Notes: a model not told the origin generated them from the letters alone. A stretch of DNA of 64,000 bases from Eledone cirrhosa (GCA_964016885.1 OZ024754.1:1798001-1862000), one strand, 5' to 3'. Positions 29,746 to 44,036 are shown, numbered from the stretch's first letter. Numbers and translations are program-made.

Positions 29746-31152
29746 TCCAGTTTATGGTTTTTAGATATATGTTGTATCAAATAGGCAAGACACCGTCCCA
29801 AAACAAGAACTCTATACACATAGAAAATATATACTTTTATGTGCTTTATCCTTCATTATTCAGAGTATATGCACCTTTTAGAAAATATTTCTTCTTCTAT
29901 CCTTTCGTTTTCTTTTAAAGAAATATTTGTAATTTGGATGTTTAAAAAATAATTAATAGAAATCATTTTGACAGGGGTTCGATTTCTTTAAGAATTCTGA
30001 AAGGAATCACCACTCCACTTTGTTTCCGATCACTTTCCCCTAAAACATACACAGTAACGAAATCCTCAATCCGTAAACAAACAATATTTTTTTTTTAAAC
30101 CTACGGGGTGAATGGAAACACGAGCTGTATTGATAGGAGAAAAAAAGTAACAAGGATGAATAACGATGAGGATGATGATAATGATGATGATGATGATGAT
30201 AATAACAATAATTCCTGGGAGAACCAGAAGCATAATGAAGCAATACTTGTATGAAATGTAAGACACTAAAAAGCTTTTTAGTGTCATTGTAACCTTCTAT
30301 CCTATATAAGATTACACTAGTGTAATGGCTCTTTCACTACAAAAGATAGAAATATAGAAATACAACACGAAAATCCATCAACAAGAACAATGAATGCACT
30401 CATTTCTATGATTAAGACGGTATTAGAAAAGGGCTTAATCATTTGACATGTTTCAGGGGCAGTGAAGCATTATCAGACATATTTGAGGATCACACATACA
30501 AACGTATTGACGCAAAACTGTAAACAGGGACACGTATAAAATAAATAGTTGAGAAATGCATCCATCGCAAATGTTGTGGAAACTGATATGGATAAAAAAA
30601 AAAAAAAAGAACCCAGAGAAGGCGACAGGCAGCAAATAATTGCAGGACTGTAAACATGCATATGCTAATTATTCGACACATCTCTATTGCTTTTTCTCTC
30701 TGTTAAAGTCAGTAAGGACAATTGTAAGCTTTTTACAGAAAAATAAGATGCAATTATTTGCGCGTAGAAACCATAATGGCTAGGTGGACGGTTGCAGAAT
30801 CTAATAGGCATATGAGTCATCAGTACATATCTTCTGGACGGGTGTGATCAACCTTTGTTTGCCTTCTTTTCTCCGGGAATTCATTGTAAGTTGTATTATT
30901 AATTTTTTTCTCTTCTTCGCCGTACGATATAATACACACGTGTTGTTTAACGATTGAAAGAAAAATAGATTCGACTCTTTAATAAGCTAGGAAACAATTT
31001 AGGAACTGATATTCTATAGATACATACACATATAACTATCACGATAGCGCGTGTGTGTGTAACATGTTTTATATACATATAAGCATCACGATGGTGTGTG
31101 TTATGACGATGGTGTGTGTGTAACATGCTTTATATATATGTGTGTGTGTGTT

Positions 31153-31169
31153 TATATATGCATATACTT

Positions 31170-31238
<69 letters not shown>
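31153..31238. repeat. (GA)n microsatellite
   Basis: Direct reading. Confidence 0.97.
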
Positions 31239-31241
<3 letters not shown>

Positions 31242-31742
31242 TTAGACATATTATATATGTTTATATATGTATATATATAGTGTGTGTGTGTGTATAAAAG
31301 ACTTAATAATCTTGAAATAGCCTAGCATTTCTATTCAAAGGCCACACACTTTTGTTCTCTCTTGTGTTACTTTGTTGAACCATTTTACAGTTGTGTTATA
31401 TGTTTTATCCATTAACCTCCCATTATGAAACCCATTCACACTTTTGTAACATCTGTCCTTCCATATTTTTATCCGTTCTTTTTCACGACCCTTTCAACAT
31501 CTTACAATCCTTAAGTAGACTCTAATATTCTTTAACGGTTTTCTTGACACGAATGACATGAGTATTTTCAAATGTCATTTTCATATTCTCTTAGAAGAAT
31601 AAGAAAAGCAGAAAGAAGAAAAAAAGAAAAGAAATACAGAAAGGAGATAAAGTTTTGGAGAAAACAGACGATATTGGCAGCATTTAAGCGGGAGTAGAGG
31701 ATCTAAAGGCACAACATTGAGGAAAGCTACAGCATTAATGTT

Positions 31743-31860
31743 CAGTCATGGATGTGTGGTTAAGGGGTTTGCTTCTGAAATATGTGGTTCTGAGTTCGGT
31801 CGCCACGCTATGTAGCACATAGCTTAAGTGTCTTTTACTATAACTTAAGATTGGCTAAAA
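31743..31860 (+). mobile_element. Diverged tRNA-derived SINE head (third family)
   Basis: A-box-like tggatgtgtggtt, B-box-like gagttcggtc, then aagtgtcttttactata. Confidence 0.45.
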
Positions 31861-33174
31861 TATTTCTTACGTACGAGTCCTTATATTATTTCAAACTGTC
31901 GTGTTTGATTTGAGGAAGATTTGGTGCTTTTTCTAGCATTTATAGCGACCGTGTTAAGATTCCCTAAAATTGTATTACATTAGATTGCAATGTTTTGATT
32001 GAAATCTTACATTGTACATCGAGATGGGATCAAACATTAGGATAATATTACAGGACAATGTTGATAGCGTCCACACACCATTTCTCTTTTAATCGTTAGT
32101 ACCAAAATTATTCCAAAGTTGACTTACTTTTAATGAAGCAATCGAGAACTCACTATATTGTTTCCTTTTTGTTTTTAGGTATATTTATTGTAAATGTTTT
32201 CTAATGATAAAGTTCAATTCTGGCTTCGGCGTTTGTCAGTACAGCGGTCATATTACAGTAATCCCATCTTGATTTCAACTACTCAAAAATACAATTTAGA
32301 TTACTTATCACTTTTAAGTTCTCATCACATCATTTCCATTTATTTTCTTTCTGTCAACTAAATATCAAATCAAATATAATTTAGCTTTTTTATTTTTTTT
32401 CTGTGGGTAGAAAAAACAACAGACACACCTACACTCAAACTAAAGAAACACACACATATATATATGTACAAACATTTACAAAAAGGCAGTGCCATTTACA
32501 AATCAATTGGACATTCAATCATATTACTATTTGTATTCAGTCATAGTTTCGACCGCCGGAAACAGTTCATTTTCTCAAATGTTATTTCGTTCGTTGCTTG
32601 GCCATTATTTGAAACCGTATAAACATTTAATACAAAACATCACTCGATAGATGCAGTGTTCACACACATATAAAACACCTACACAAGCTCACCCACACTA
32701 TATAAATACTATATAAACAACGGTATATACATACATATATATTTATACATCACATACATATATATATATGTTAATAAAAGCACACATATTCACATATATA
32801 CACACTCACGCGGGCATATATATGTGTATATATATATATGTATATATATATACATACATACATACATATATGTATGTATATATATATATATGTGTATATA
32901 TATATGTGTGTGTGTTGTGTCTGTGCGTGTGTACGTGTGAGTGTGTATGTATGTGTGTGTGTGTATATAAGAGTGCTGTTTAGTGTGATACGTGACCGCG
33001 TGTGTTGGTAGGTGAATGTTTATGTTGGTATGTGTGAAGAAAGGTTAACACACTTCACTTTTATTGCTACACATTTTTCACTTCCTCTTCAACTCAGTTG
33101 TTTATACAGAAAACTATTATTGATTGAGGGACATTTATCTAATAAAGATATGTTATATAATGCATGTGAGAATT

Positions 33175-33305
33175 GGACCGTCGAAAGATAATTCGGGTAG
33201 AACGCAGTTGAGCATTATTAGCTTTGCCTAACCGGGTCGATAACATAAAATACCAGTAATGTACTAGGGTATTTGTTGGCCTTGTGCCAAAATTAGAAAC
33301 AAGTA
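33175..33305 (+). mobile_element. SINE family A, internally deleted
   Basis: Central domain and tail are recognisable. Confidence 0.7.
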
Positions 33306-33469
33306 TTGGTATTGGGAGAGTAGACAAGTGTATATGTAGAAAACCAAAGGTTCAGGCTAAGTTATATGTGTGTGACAGCTCACATCTATGTAGGTTCAGC
33401 TGGCCCTCCTCCAAGGTATATCTCGTTGAAGGTGTCTTGTGTAATTTAATGATAGGGACCCCAGTCCTA

Positions 33470-33618
33470 TCATCTCATTTCTACAGCTGAGTAAACTGGA
33501 GCAAGGTGAAATAAAGTGTCTTGCTCAAGGAAACAACACATCACCCAGTCCGAGAATTGAACTCACAACCTTTCGATTGCAAGCCCAATGCTCTAACCAA
33601 TAAGACATGTGCCTTCAC
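33470..33618 (-). mobile_element. CORE-like SINE family B
   Basis: Homologous to 57700-57848. Confidence 0.82.
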
Positions 33619-33799
33619 GCCTAAGTTATATAGAGAAGGTAATATACAAATACACACTATATACCTATGTCTGTGTGTAATTATGAATGTGTAACATTTG
33701 ACAGAGTCGTATCGGTAACCTAGTGACGTAGACCGCGTTTTGTGTATATTAAACCTGGCGTAGCCCATTGCCTCTTCAGCTCTTTGTACAGCTAATTTC

Positions 33800-33990
33800 T
33801 GCTAGGGATTGATAGAAATAGTAGGGGGAAATCACCCCTCGTATTAGACTGGTATTTTTTGTATCGATCTCGAAAAGATGAAAGCCAACGTTGAGCAAGT
33901 TATATTTTGAATACAGAACGCAGAGATCTGGATCGAATACAGCAAAGTTTTCTATCCCAACTTCGGACGGCTCTGCTAATTCCCACCTTA
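33800..33990 (-). mobile_element. Old diverged SINE family A copy
   Basis: gactggtattt...tcgatctcgaaaagatgaaagcc...tttgaa. Confidence 0.55.
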
Positions 33991-34427
33991 TGAATACTTA
34001 CAGAAATCTGCCATAAACCTATTTAGCAATTTTGCTTAGTTATATTCTCTTATATTCGTTTATCAACTCCCTCTATATATATATGTATTATATATAAATA
34101 TCTTTAACCTTTAGCTCATCAATCCATTTATAAATGTAGAGTGTTCCTAACTACTAACATAAATCATTGTAAATTTGTTCATTCCGGGACTCGAAGCAGG
34201 CCAGTCTCAATGGCGGAAGTTATTTCGATAAAATGTTCTACAAGATTTGGAACCCTCACTCAGAGTTATGTAACACAAAGTATAGAAGAAACACATATAA
34301 TTTGAAGATCATGTGGAATAAGAAAATGTTGCATTTATCAACTAATGCATGTTAAGCTGAAAGAAATATAAATAAAATAAATACTAGGTTTTATGGTGAG
34401 CGTCCTTCAGCAAATAGATCCCAACAT

Positions 34428-34606
34428 ATTCTTTCTACTTTTGGCACAAGGCCAACAATTACTCCAGTACATTACTGGTACTTTATTTTATCGACCCTGT
34501 AAGGATGAAAGGCAAAATTAACCTCGGCGGGATTTGAACCCAGTCCGTAAAGGGACGCAACTGTGCTGTAAATCATGGCATCCGACTCTCTAACAATACT
34601 GCCAAT
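34428..34606 (-). mobile_element. SINE family A
   Basis: Near full-length reverse copy. Confidence 0.88.
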
Positions 34607-35227
34607 AGATTCGATCATATTGCCATCTCCAGTAAAGGCTACACAAACTACAAATGTATATAATATTCACGCTCAATCTTTCCCTTCACCATTCTAATAT
34701 CATTTAACTGATTAGAAAACAAACCCTGTTCTAATGTGTTGTTGAATTCAACCTATACGTTATATCAACCAGAAAGCTGCAAACACTAGAAGGATATATC
34801 CATTCAATGCCATCATTTTATATCCCTGACTATATTATATGCCTGTTATTTGTAATGGTTGACACCTCTTCTTAATGTTTTCTTCATATGCTACTATTAA
34901 AGATGAATACTACATCTTTTATCCTATACCGTACACCATCTTTAAATGGACGTTCAATGGTGATTAATAGATTAATAGAAGCAATTGCATGGAATGTGAT
35001 AGGAGTGAATCCAATGACACGAGGCTTTTACCATACAACAGCCATTATAGTCAAATGTTACATGTGTGATATCTAGTTTATCTTCTATACACCACAACTG
35101 TTCAACTCTAACTTAACAAATGATATTACATCTATCACACTACTTCAAATGGTAACACACACACATTTACTACTGCACTCTCTTTACTGACGTTAAGTAG
35201 TATTTGTACCACTTATCTGAAGATAAT

Positions 35228-35260
<33 letters not shown>

Positions 35261-35400
35261 CGCTAGTACCCCTACCACCACCACCACCACTACTACTACC
35301 ACCGCTAGTACCACTACCACCACCACCACCACTACTACTACTACTACTACCACCACCACTGCCACCACCACTAGTACTACTACCACCACTACTACTACTA
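35228..35400. repeat. (ACT/ACC)n trinucleotide array at a SINE tail
   Basis: Direct reading. Confidence 0.95.
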
Positions 35401-35580
35401 TTGGCACAAGGCTAGCAATTCAAAAGGAAGGGGAAAGTAGATTAAGTCTATCTTAAAATGCTACTTGTATTTTGTTTAACTGACCCCAAAATGATGACAG
35501 GAAATGTTAACTTCAGCGAGATTTGAGCTCAGAACGTAAAGGGCCTTAACTATATGCCGTAAAACCTGTTGGCCGACGCT
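35401..35580 (-). mobile_element. SINE family A long variant, diverged
   Basis: ttggcacaaggctagcaatt...gatttgagctcagaacgtaaag. Confidence 0.7.
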
Positions 35581-36538
35581 AAGTAACAAAATCATATGTA
35601 TATAATGGTATTGTGAAACAACTAGTCACCCGGTGCATAAGTAATCACGCTTCACAAGAGTTCCCTAATTCCTCGGCAAAAGATAAATAAATATATAAAA
35701 GTGTTTCATCTCCCTTAATAAGAACAACAAGAACAACAACAACAACGACGACAACAACAACAACACAATGTCACGTTGTCGGAATCAGTGTGATCAGTTT
35801 CACTTTGTATTATAATCTGAGGCAACTCTCATAAAAACAACAAAAAAAAAAACACAATGACACATATGTGATACGAGTTAAGGGAAATAGTTTAATCTAG
35901 AGTCAAAACCACGTTTTAGATACATCTATAGAAGCTTGCCACTTATCTAGAGTGCAGCTTCATTTAAATGTATCGAAGAAACATTTCATATGTCATATAA
36001 CGCTGTATTGTTTCTAAAAGGGAAATATATTGGTATACATATTCAATATAAAGATATTAAATATACTAATATAATATATGGATTAGCAGAATGAGTACAG
36101 TTTCTGACAAAATGCTAAGATCTTTTATGTTCTGGTTGAGAACATAACGCATTAAATTCAGTATCGATTTTTATCCGTACGGGATCAATATAATCGACTT
36201 GTCTGGCATCCATATTTCTCATCTTCTACCTATGTAAGAAACCAATATAGTAAAATACTTTGACGCGAACGGATTACATAATTGGTAGAGCAGCAGAAAT
36301 AATATCTTATTTTATTAAGATATGATAGTTTACATTCTCAGTTCAAATCCGGTCGTGGTCAACTTTACATTGAAGGTTCGATTAAGTAACAGGAACCCAC
36401 TATGATATTTTTATTTTATGCAAAGGGGATGTATACAATGTAATCAATATCATATATCTCAGAATGCCACGAAAGGTTATTGGCATTATATAAAATTAAT
36501 TGAGCAGAATCTAATGCAAACAAAACGCACCAGCACAG

Positions 36539-36725
36539 GGGTGGTGGATTGGCAGTATCGGTAGAGAGTCGGACACCATGCTTTGCAGCATAGAGATACG
36601 GTCCTTCACGGTCTGAGTTCAAATCCCGCCGAGGTAAACTTTGCCTTTCATCCTTACGGGATCGATAAAATAAAGTACTGGGGTCGATTTAATCGACTTT
36701 CCCCTCCCCCAAATTACTGACCTTA
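36539..36725 (+). mobile_element. SINE family A (left member of an inverted pair)
   Basis: A-box TGGCAGTATCGG, B-box GTTCAAATCC. Confidence 0.9.
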
Positions 36726-36728
36726 TAT

Positions 36729-36919
36729 AATTGTTTCTACTTTTGGCACAAGGCCAGCAATTATCCCAGTGTATTACTGGTACTTTATTTTATCGACCCC
36801 GTAAGGATGAAAGGCAAAGTTAACCTCGGCGGGATTTGAACTCAGAATGGCAAGGGCCGTAACTCTACGCGTCAAAGCATGGCGTCCGACCCTCTACCGT
36901 CACTGCCAATCCATCGCCC
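36729..36919 (-). mobile_element. SINE family A (right member of an inverted pair)
   Basis: Full-length reverse copy. Confidence 0.9.
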
Positions 36920-37606
36920 ATCCTTAGAAACCCAGCCTAGAATATATAATGTTCTTTAGAACTGCATACTCACACACAAATTCATTCAAAACCTTTATAT
37001 GAAAAAATTGTTCTGCTTTGCGGTTGTTATCCAAAAATGACATTCATGTCGAAATGAACCAGGAATGATTCAAGTATTATTCGAATTAGATAACTTTTCA
37101 CTTAAGTCGTTAATACACTTAACAACCTAGGAACCAACTTCTTATTACTTTACTTAAATTAATGGTAAATCTGTTTCTCTTGTTTAAGAAACAATCAGTG
37201 TTCTTAATATAAGTTTTGTTTGTTAGAAAAATATATAAAATATACGTAAAAGTAAATCACTGAATATTCAAAATAAACATTTAGTGGGGAGGCGTACAAA
37301 TGTTTCTTAACATATACACATCTCTCTCTCACACACATACTCTCTCTTACACACACATATTCTCTCTCACACACGCATACTCTCTCTCTTACACACACAT
37401 ATTCTCTCACACACACACACTCTCTCTCTCATACACACACTATATGTTGTTATATAATGCCGTATACGCAATAGATGCATAATAAAGAGCAATTTAATTC
37501 ACTAGAAATGAAAATTATAATGTGAAATAAAATAATGAAAATAGCATAACGAAGGTGAATGTAAATTTTACGAAACGAAAAAAAAAAAAAAGACACACGG
37601 TTCCAC

Positions 37607-37698
37607 ACATACATATATCTACAGAGAGTAACATAAACATACATATATCTACAGAGAGTAACATAAACATACATATATCTACAGAGAGTAACTTAAAC
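37607..37698. repeat. 30-bp tandem repeat x3
   Basis: acatacatatatctacagagagtaacataa. Confidence 0.92.
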
Positions 37699-38864
37699 AC
37701 ATATTTTGTCTCGCTTTAAAACACGCCAAAACAGAAGCAATTAAGTTTTGAAAGTCAAATACATTTTAAAAACCTTAGAAGGCTTTTAAGAGTTTTCTCC
37801 AGAAATTACAATGTTATATTAACTTCATTTGGATGAAAAGTGAAATGGACATTAAGAACCTGGTCATTCAAATAAATTTGACACACACAAGTCTTCTCTA
37901 CCCTTCTCATTTTTATTTTATTGTTTGTCTGAAACAACGAATTGCTTCATGTTTATCAATCTCCAGTAATGTGTCTCCATTTTAATTTCAAGCAGGGAAA
38001 GAAAATTAAGAAAAATAAACAAAAAATAAAATAAAAAAGTATAACAAAATTATTCCGCGTTTTATTTGTTTATTTTTCTTTTGAATATCAGGTTTTCAGT
38101 TTATTAGAGGAAAGGAAAAACAAAGAAAAGAAAATGAAAATTTATCAATTTCTTTTTACGACCATTAATTTTGTTATTTTCCCTGTAACTGATAATCATC
38201 GTTATCTGTTAATATACTATTTTATGTTCATTTGAATATTTTCTTAAACAAATCCATTACTTGATCCTGAATGGAACGGAAAATCTCACAGAGAGGCTTC
38301 ATGATAGCTCATCTCATAACTTTAGGTTATATTACCAGTGAGAGATGAAGCATTTCTGTAGCACTGAAGTTTAAATTAAATTTATTTCCAATTACAATAT
38401 GTAGAAAAAGAATCAAACTAATAAAATATAAAGAAATAATATTCCTAAATACCAGAAAGACATTTGTAGAAAGCTATCGTATGTCGGAGACCTAAACAAC
38501 AAAGAAAAAATATGGCTTATGCTTTCTTGTAATTGAAATTCAATACATTATGGCGTATTCCCAGTTCGAAATATTACTTCAAATTTATAAATGTTTTAAT
38601 CAGAGTAATTTTATTAATGTATGTATGTATGTATGTATGTATGTATGTATGAATAGATGTATGTATGTATGTATGTACTAATGTATGTATGTATGTAGAT
38701 GTGTATGTTTATATATATATGCATATATATATATAGACATACATGTATAGATACAGGCCCAATAATTATATTTGCACGAATTCATTTTAGTCGTGCATTT
38801 TTCACACACATTAACGATATTAAAACATGAGCTTTCTATATTTAAGGCAATCTATTTACCTACC

Positions 38865-38895
<31 letters not shown>

Positions 38896-38963
38896 CAAGT
38901 AAGTATGTTTTGAAACAGCGAGCAAGTTTGAAATTAGAAAATAGAAGCTTTCACCGTATTTTT

Positions 38964-39110
38964 TGACTAAATAAATTTTAGCCTGATAGTGGCGTTAGAA
39001 GCCTCAGAGAAATGGAAAAGGATGAGTATTGACGTAACACGTCAATACTCATTTTTTCCATTTCTCTGAGGGTTCTAAACCCCACTATCAGGCTAAAATT
39101 TCTTTAGTCA
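38964..39110. repeat. Fold-back inverted repeat with 72-bp arms and a 3-nt loop, abutting (TA)n (probable PLE-type tail, family 5)
   Basis: 38964-39035 versus 39039-39110, about 5-6 differences. Confidence 0.9.
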
Positions 39111-39120
39111 TATATATATA

Positions 39121-39284
39121 TATGTAAAAGCTAAACGGAAATAACAACACAATCGGTACAATATATGGAATGAATATATCAGCTTAACGCTTGAAATAGC
39201 AAGAAGAGGGTCTTAACGTTTCGGACGCTAGTCCTTCATCAGAACAAAGCATAAGAAATAAGATAGATTGAAGGGACGGTCGGG

Positions 39285-39288
<4 letters not shown>
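39121..39288 (-). mobile_element. Short PLE-derived element, HHR family 1
   Basis: Reverse copy of 23101-23270 with (TA)n on both sides. Confidence 0.82.
39211..39246 (-). ncRNA. Minimal type I hammerhead ribozyme (family 1), intact core
   Basis: Minus strand: tgtt-CTGATGA-a-GGAC-tagc-GTCC-GAAA-CGTT-AAGA. Palindromic ACGT stem III, GUU triplet. Confidence 0.85.
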
Positions 39289-39346
<58 letters not shown>

Positions 39347-39478
39347 GAAAAGAAAGAAAGTCTTTTTGATACCTTATGTAACTCATGACGTGGAGTGCTT
39401 ACGTTGATTACACCTCACTTGGTCGATTGCTTGGATCAACGAAGAATGATTATCGAAATAATTAAATAAATAAATAAA

Positions 39479-39897
<419 letters not shown>

Positions 39898-40096
39898 AAA
39901 TGTATATATTTCATACATACACATACATGCGTGTATGTTTAGTAATGTATGTTCTTCCATTTCTTCTTCTTTTCACTTAAACACCAGCTGTCTCATGGAA
40001 AATCGTTTAAAGTTGGGTATCAGCAGGATTAGTGGACGGAAACTATTAATCCTTTTATACCAGGCTGCTCCTCTCGTTGATATGTACTTCACCGTC

Positions 40097-40350
40097 ACTA
40101 CCAGCAGCACTACCACCTGACTATCACAGCACAACACCACCACTACCACCTGACTATCACAGAACAACACCACCACTACCACCTGACTATCACAGAACAA
40201 CACCACCACTACCACCTGACTATCACAGCACAACACCACCACTACCACCAGCACTACCACCATCATCACCAGCACTACCACCTGACTATCACAGCACAAC
40301 ACCAGCACTACCACCAGAACTACCACCATCATCACCAGCACCACCACCAA
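40097..40350. repeat. 33-bp minisatellite (accacctgactatcacagaacaacaccaccact)
   Basis: Units at 40112, 40145, 40178 and 40211, with degenerate copies beyond. Confidence 0.93.
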
Positions 40351-40632
40351 TACTGTCACCCTACCACTTCCCCACCCTAATACCGCTATCATCCATTCTA
40401 ATTCATTTACTATCAGTGTATCAGCACTATCATCACCCCCTCTCTTTCTCTCTCTCTCTTTCCATCTCTCACTCTTTCTCTTTTCACCTCTCTCTCCCTT
40501 TCCAACTCTCTCTCTCTGTCTTTCCGTCTGTCTCTCTTCCTATCCCTCTCTGCATCACTCCTCCTCACGTCACCCTATTCTATACCAATATTGTAATATC
40601 AAAGTCTCTCAGTTCTCCAACTTAAACACAAA

Positions 40633-41868
40633 CTGTCCTCACAACTATTATTTCTTCTCTCCTCACAACTATTATTTCCTCTCTCCTCACAACTATTATT
40701 TCCTCTCTCCTCACAACAATTATTTCTTCTGTCCTCACAACAATTATTTCTTCTCTCCTCACAACTATTATTTCCTCTCTCCTCACAACTATTATTTCCT
40801 CTCTCCTCACAACAATTATTTCTTCTGTTCTCACAACAATTATTTCTTCTCTCCTCACAACTATTATTTCCTCTCTCCTCACAACTATTATTTCCTCTCT
40901 CCTCACAACTATTATTTCCTCTCTCCTCACAACAATTATTTCCTCTCTCCTCACAACAATTATTTCTTCTCTCCTCACAACTATTATTTCTTCTCTCCTC
41001 ACAACTATTATTTCCTCTCTCCTCACAACAATTATTTCTTCTCTCCTCACAACTATTATTTCTTCTCTCCTCACAACTATTATTTCCTCTCTCCTCACAA
41101 CTATTATTTCCTCTCTCCTCACAACAATTATTTCCTCTCTCCTCACAACAATTATTTCTTCTGTCCTCACAACTATTATTTCCTCTCTCCTCACAACAAT
41201 TATTTCTTCTGTTCTCACAACAATTATTTCTTCTCTCCTCACAACTATTATTTCCTCTCTCCTCACAACTATTATTTCCTCTCTCCTCACAACTATTATT
41301 TCCTCTCTCCTCACAACAATTATTTCCTCTCTCCTCACAACAATTATTTCTTCTCTCCTCACAACTATTATTTCTTCTCTCCTCACAACTATTATTTCCT
41401 CTCTCCTCACAACAATTATTTCTTCTCTCCTCACAACTATTATTTCTTCTCTCCTCACAACTATTATTTCCTCTCTCCTCACAACTATTATTTCCTCTCT
41501 CCTCACAACAATTATTTCCTCTCTCCTCACAACAATTATTTCTTCTGTCCTCACAACTATTATTTCCTCTCTCCTCACAACAATTATTTCTTCTGTCCTC
41601 ACAACAATTATTTCTTCTCTCCTCACAACAATTATTTCTTCGGTCCTCACAACTATTATTTCTTCTGTCCTCACAACAATTATTTCTTCTGTCCTCACAA
41701 CAATTATTTCTTCTGTCCTCACAACAATTATTTCCTCTCTCCTCACAACTATTATTTCCTCTCTCCTCACAACTATTATTTCCTCTCTCCTCACAACAAT
41801 TATTTCCTCTCTCCTCACAACTATTATTTCCTCTCTCCTCACAACTATTATTTCCTCTCTCCTCACAA
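40633..41868. repeat. 24-bp minisatellite, about 51 copies (ctctcctcacaactattatttcct)
   Basis: Direct reading. Variant units reveal a 384-bp higher-order duplication. Confidence 0.98.
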
Positions 41869-41966
41869 CGATGTCCTACAATTTTTGAACAAAATAATAT
41901 TACAACCTCTACTTTCTCGCCAGCTTAACTCATTGCATCACTGTAAAACTAATACCATCTATCTGT

Positions 41967-42280
41967 TTGTATGTGACTGTGTACACACCCCTCTTTATGT
42001 GTGTATGTGTGTTTGTGGCTGTGTACACACCTCTTTGTGTGTGTATGTGTATTACTGTGTTTATGTGTGTATGTGTGTGTATATACCTCTCTTTATGTGT
42101 GTATATCTATTTATGTGTGTATGTGTGTGTATGTGACTGTGTACACACGTCTATTTATGTATGCATGCGTGTATGTGACTGTGTACACACGTGTGTGTAT
42201 GTGTGTATGTGACTGTGTACACACGTCTATTTATGTGTGTATGTGTGTATGTGACTGTGTACACACGTCTATGTGTGTAT
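41967..42280. repeat. Degenerate ~42-bp GT-rich minisatellite
   Basis: gtatgtgactgtgtacacac recurs. Confidence 0.85.
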
Positions 42281-42711
42281 GTTTATTAAACAGCTGTCGT
42301 TTGCAGAAGACATAAAGTCATTCAACATCACGATTCCCGATTATTGTCATTGTAACATTTGTCTGATAAAGACTTTTACTATTATATATAATATAGTAAT
42401 ATGTAACAGACACACGTATATATATATACACACACACACATATATATATATACATACATATATGCATATATATATACATGTATACATATATAAATAGATA
42501 CATAGATACATATATATACATACATACATACATATACACACACACACATATATATATATATATACATACATATACACACACACACACATATATATACATA
42601 CATACACATATACATATATACACACATTCGTACGTATATACATACATGCATGTATATATATATACATACAGATCGACAACCACTGAGATACGCACACAAA
42701 CACACACACAC

Positions 42712-42748
<37 letters not shown>

Positions 42749-42789
42749 GGGAGAGAGGGGAAACGAGAGCTAGAGAGGAAGAGAGAGAG

Positions 42790-42790
<1 letters not shown>

Positions 42791-42866
<76 letters not shown>
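42791..42866. repeat. (GATA)n microsatellite
   Basis: Direct reading. Confidence 0.97.
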
Positions 42867-42880
<14 letters not shown>

Positions 42881-43439
42881 CGGGAGAGAGATTCAATTTA
42901 TTATCCCTTCAGTATCCAATAAACAACATGCTGACATAAGATAATTCGTTTTCATTCATCTACGTCTTCCTCTCCCCTTTCTTTTCCCTCTCATTATATT
43001 CCCCTTCCTCTCAATCCCCCCCCCCTTCACTCTTTCACCTTCTGCTATCTTCCTCAGCCTCAGCAACTTTCTCCATCCACCGCCATTACTAACAATCGAT
43101 AATTCACGTTTCGTTGTCAATATGTTTTTCATTTTCTATCTTCTAGTGACATTTGCAATTGTCTTTCTTCTCTCTTCTTCCATATTAATAAATAAATATA
43201 TGGATGAATTTCTCAACAGCTATAATCCACATTCAATCTTTTAGATCTCCCCTCCAACTCACTCTCCCAGTCCGATCCTTATAGTACACTCAGTCTTTTC
43301 CCTTTCTCTCCGTCTCTGTTTATTTATCTTTTAGTCTATCTACGTTTCTTTCTCTTTATATTGATAATCATTTCTGTACACAAATGCACACAGACACAGA
43401 ATCATGCACACACACACACACACACACACACACCTATAT

Positions 43440-43474
<35 letters not shown>

Positions 43475-43568
43475 CATAAGCATATATACAGACACAGATA
43501 TATATATATATATATACACATACATAAGCATATATACAGACACAGATATATATATATATATATACACA

Positions 43569-43614
<46 letters not shown>

Positions 43615-43679
43615 CATATATATATATATATATATATACACAGACATATATTCACACACACACACACACACATACACAC

Positions 43680-43725
<46 letters not shown>

Positions 43726-44036
43726 AATATATATATATATATATATACATATATATACACAAACACACACATATATATATATACACATATAAACACACAT
43801 ATATATACACACATATATACACATGTCTATATATATTTCTCTACACACATACACACATATATATATATATATAATACATACATACATACATACATAGGTA
43901 CACATAGCTATATATATTTCTCCACACACACATATATATTCAGACATATATACAAATATCTATATATATTTCTCTCTCTATACATATATATATATATATA
44001 CACACATATATACACATATCTACATATATTTCTCCA

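Noticed and set aside
33720-33785. Minus-strand CTGAAGA...AAAACG..CGTC
   Set aside because: No GAAA and no convincing stems I or II.
40077-40625. Extensin-like [11 protein letters not shown]
   Set aside because: Translation of a 33-bp minisatellite plus a CT-rich tract.
40622-41866. 414-aa (RREEIIVV)n ORF
   Set aside because: It coincides exactly with a 24-bp minisatellite and has no unique domain or splice context.
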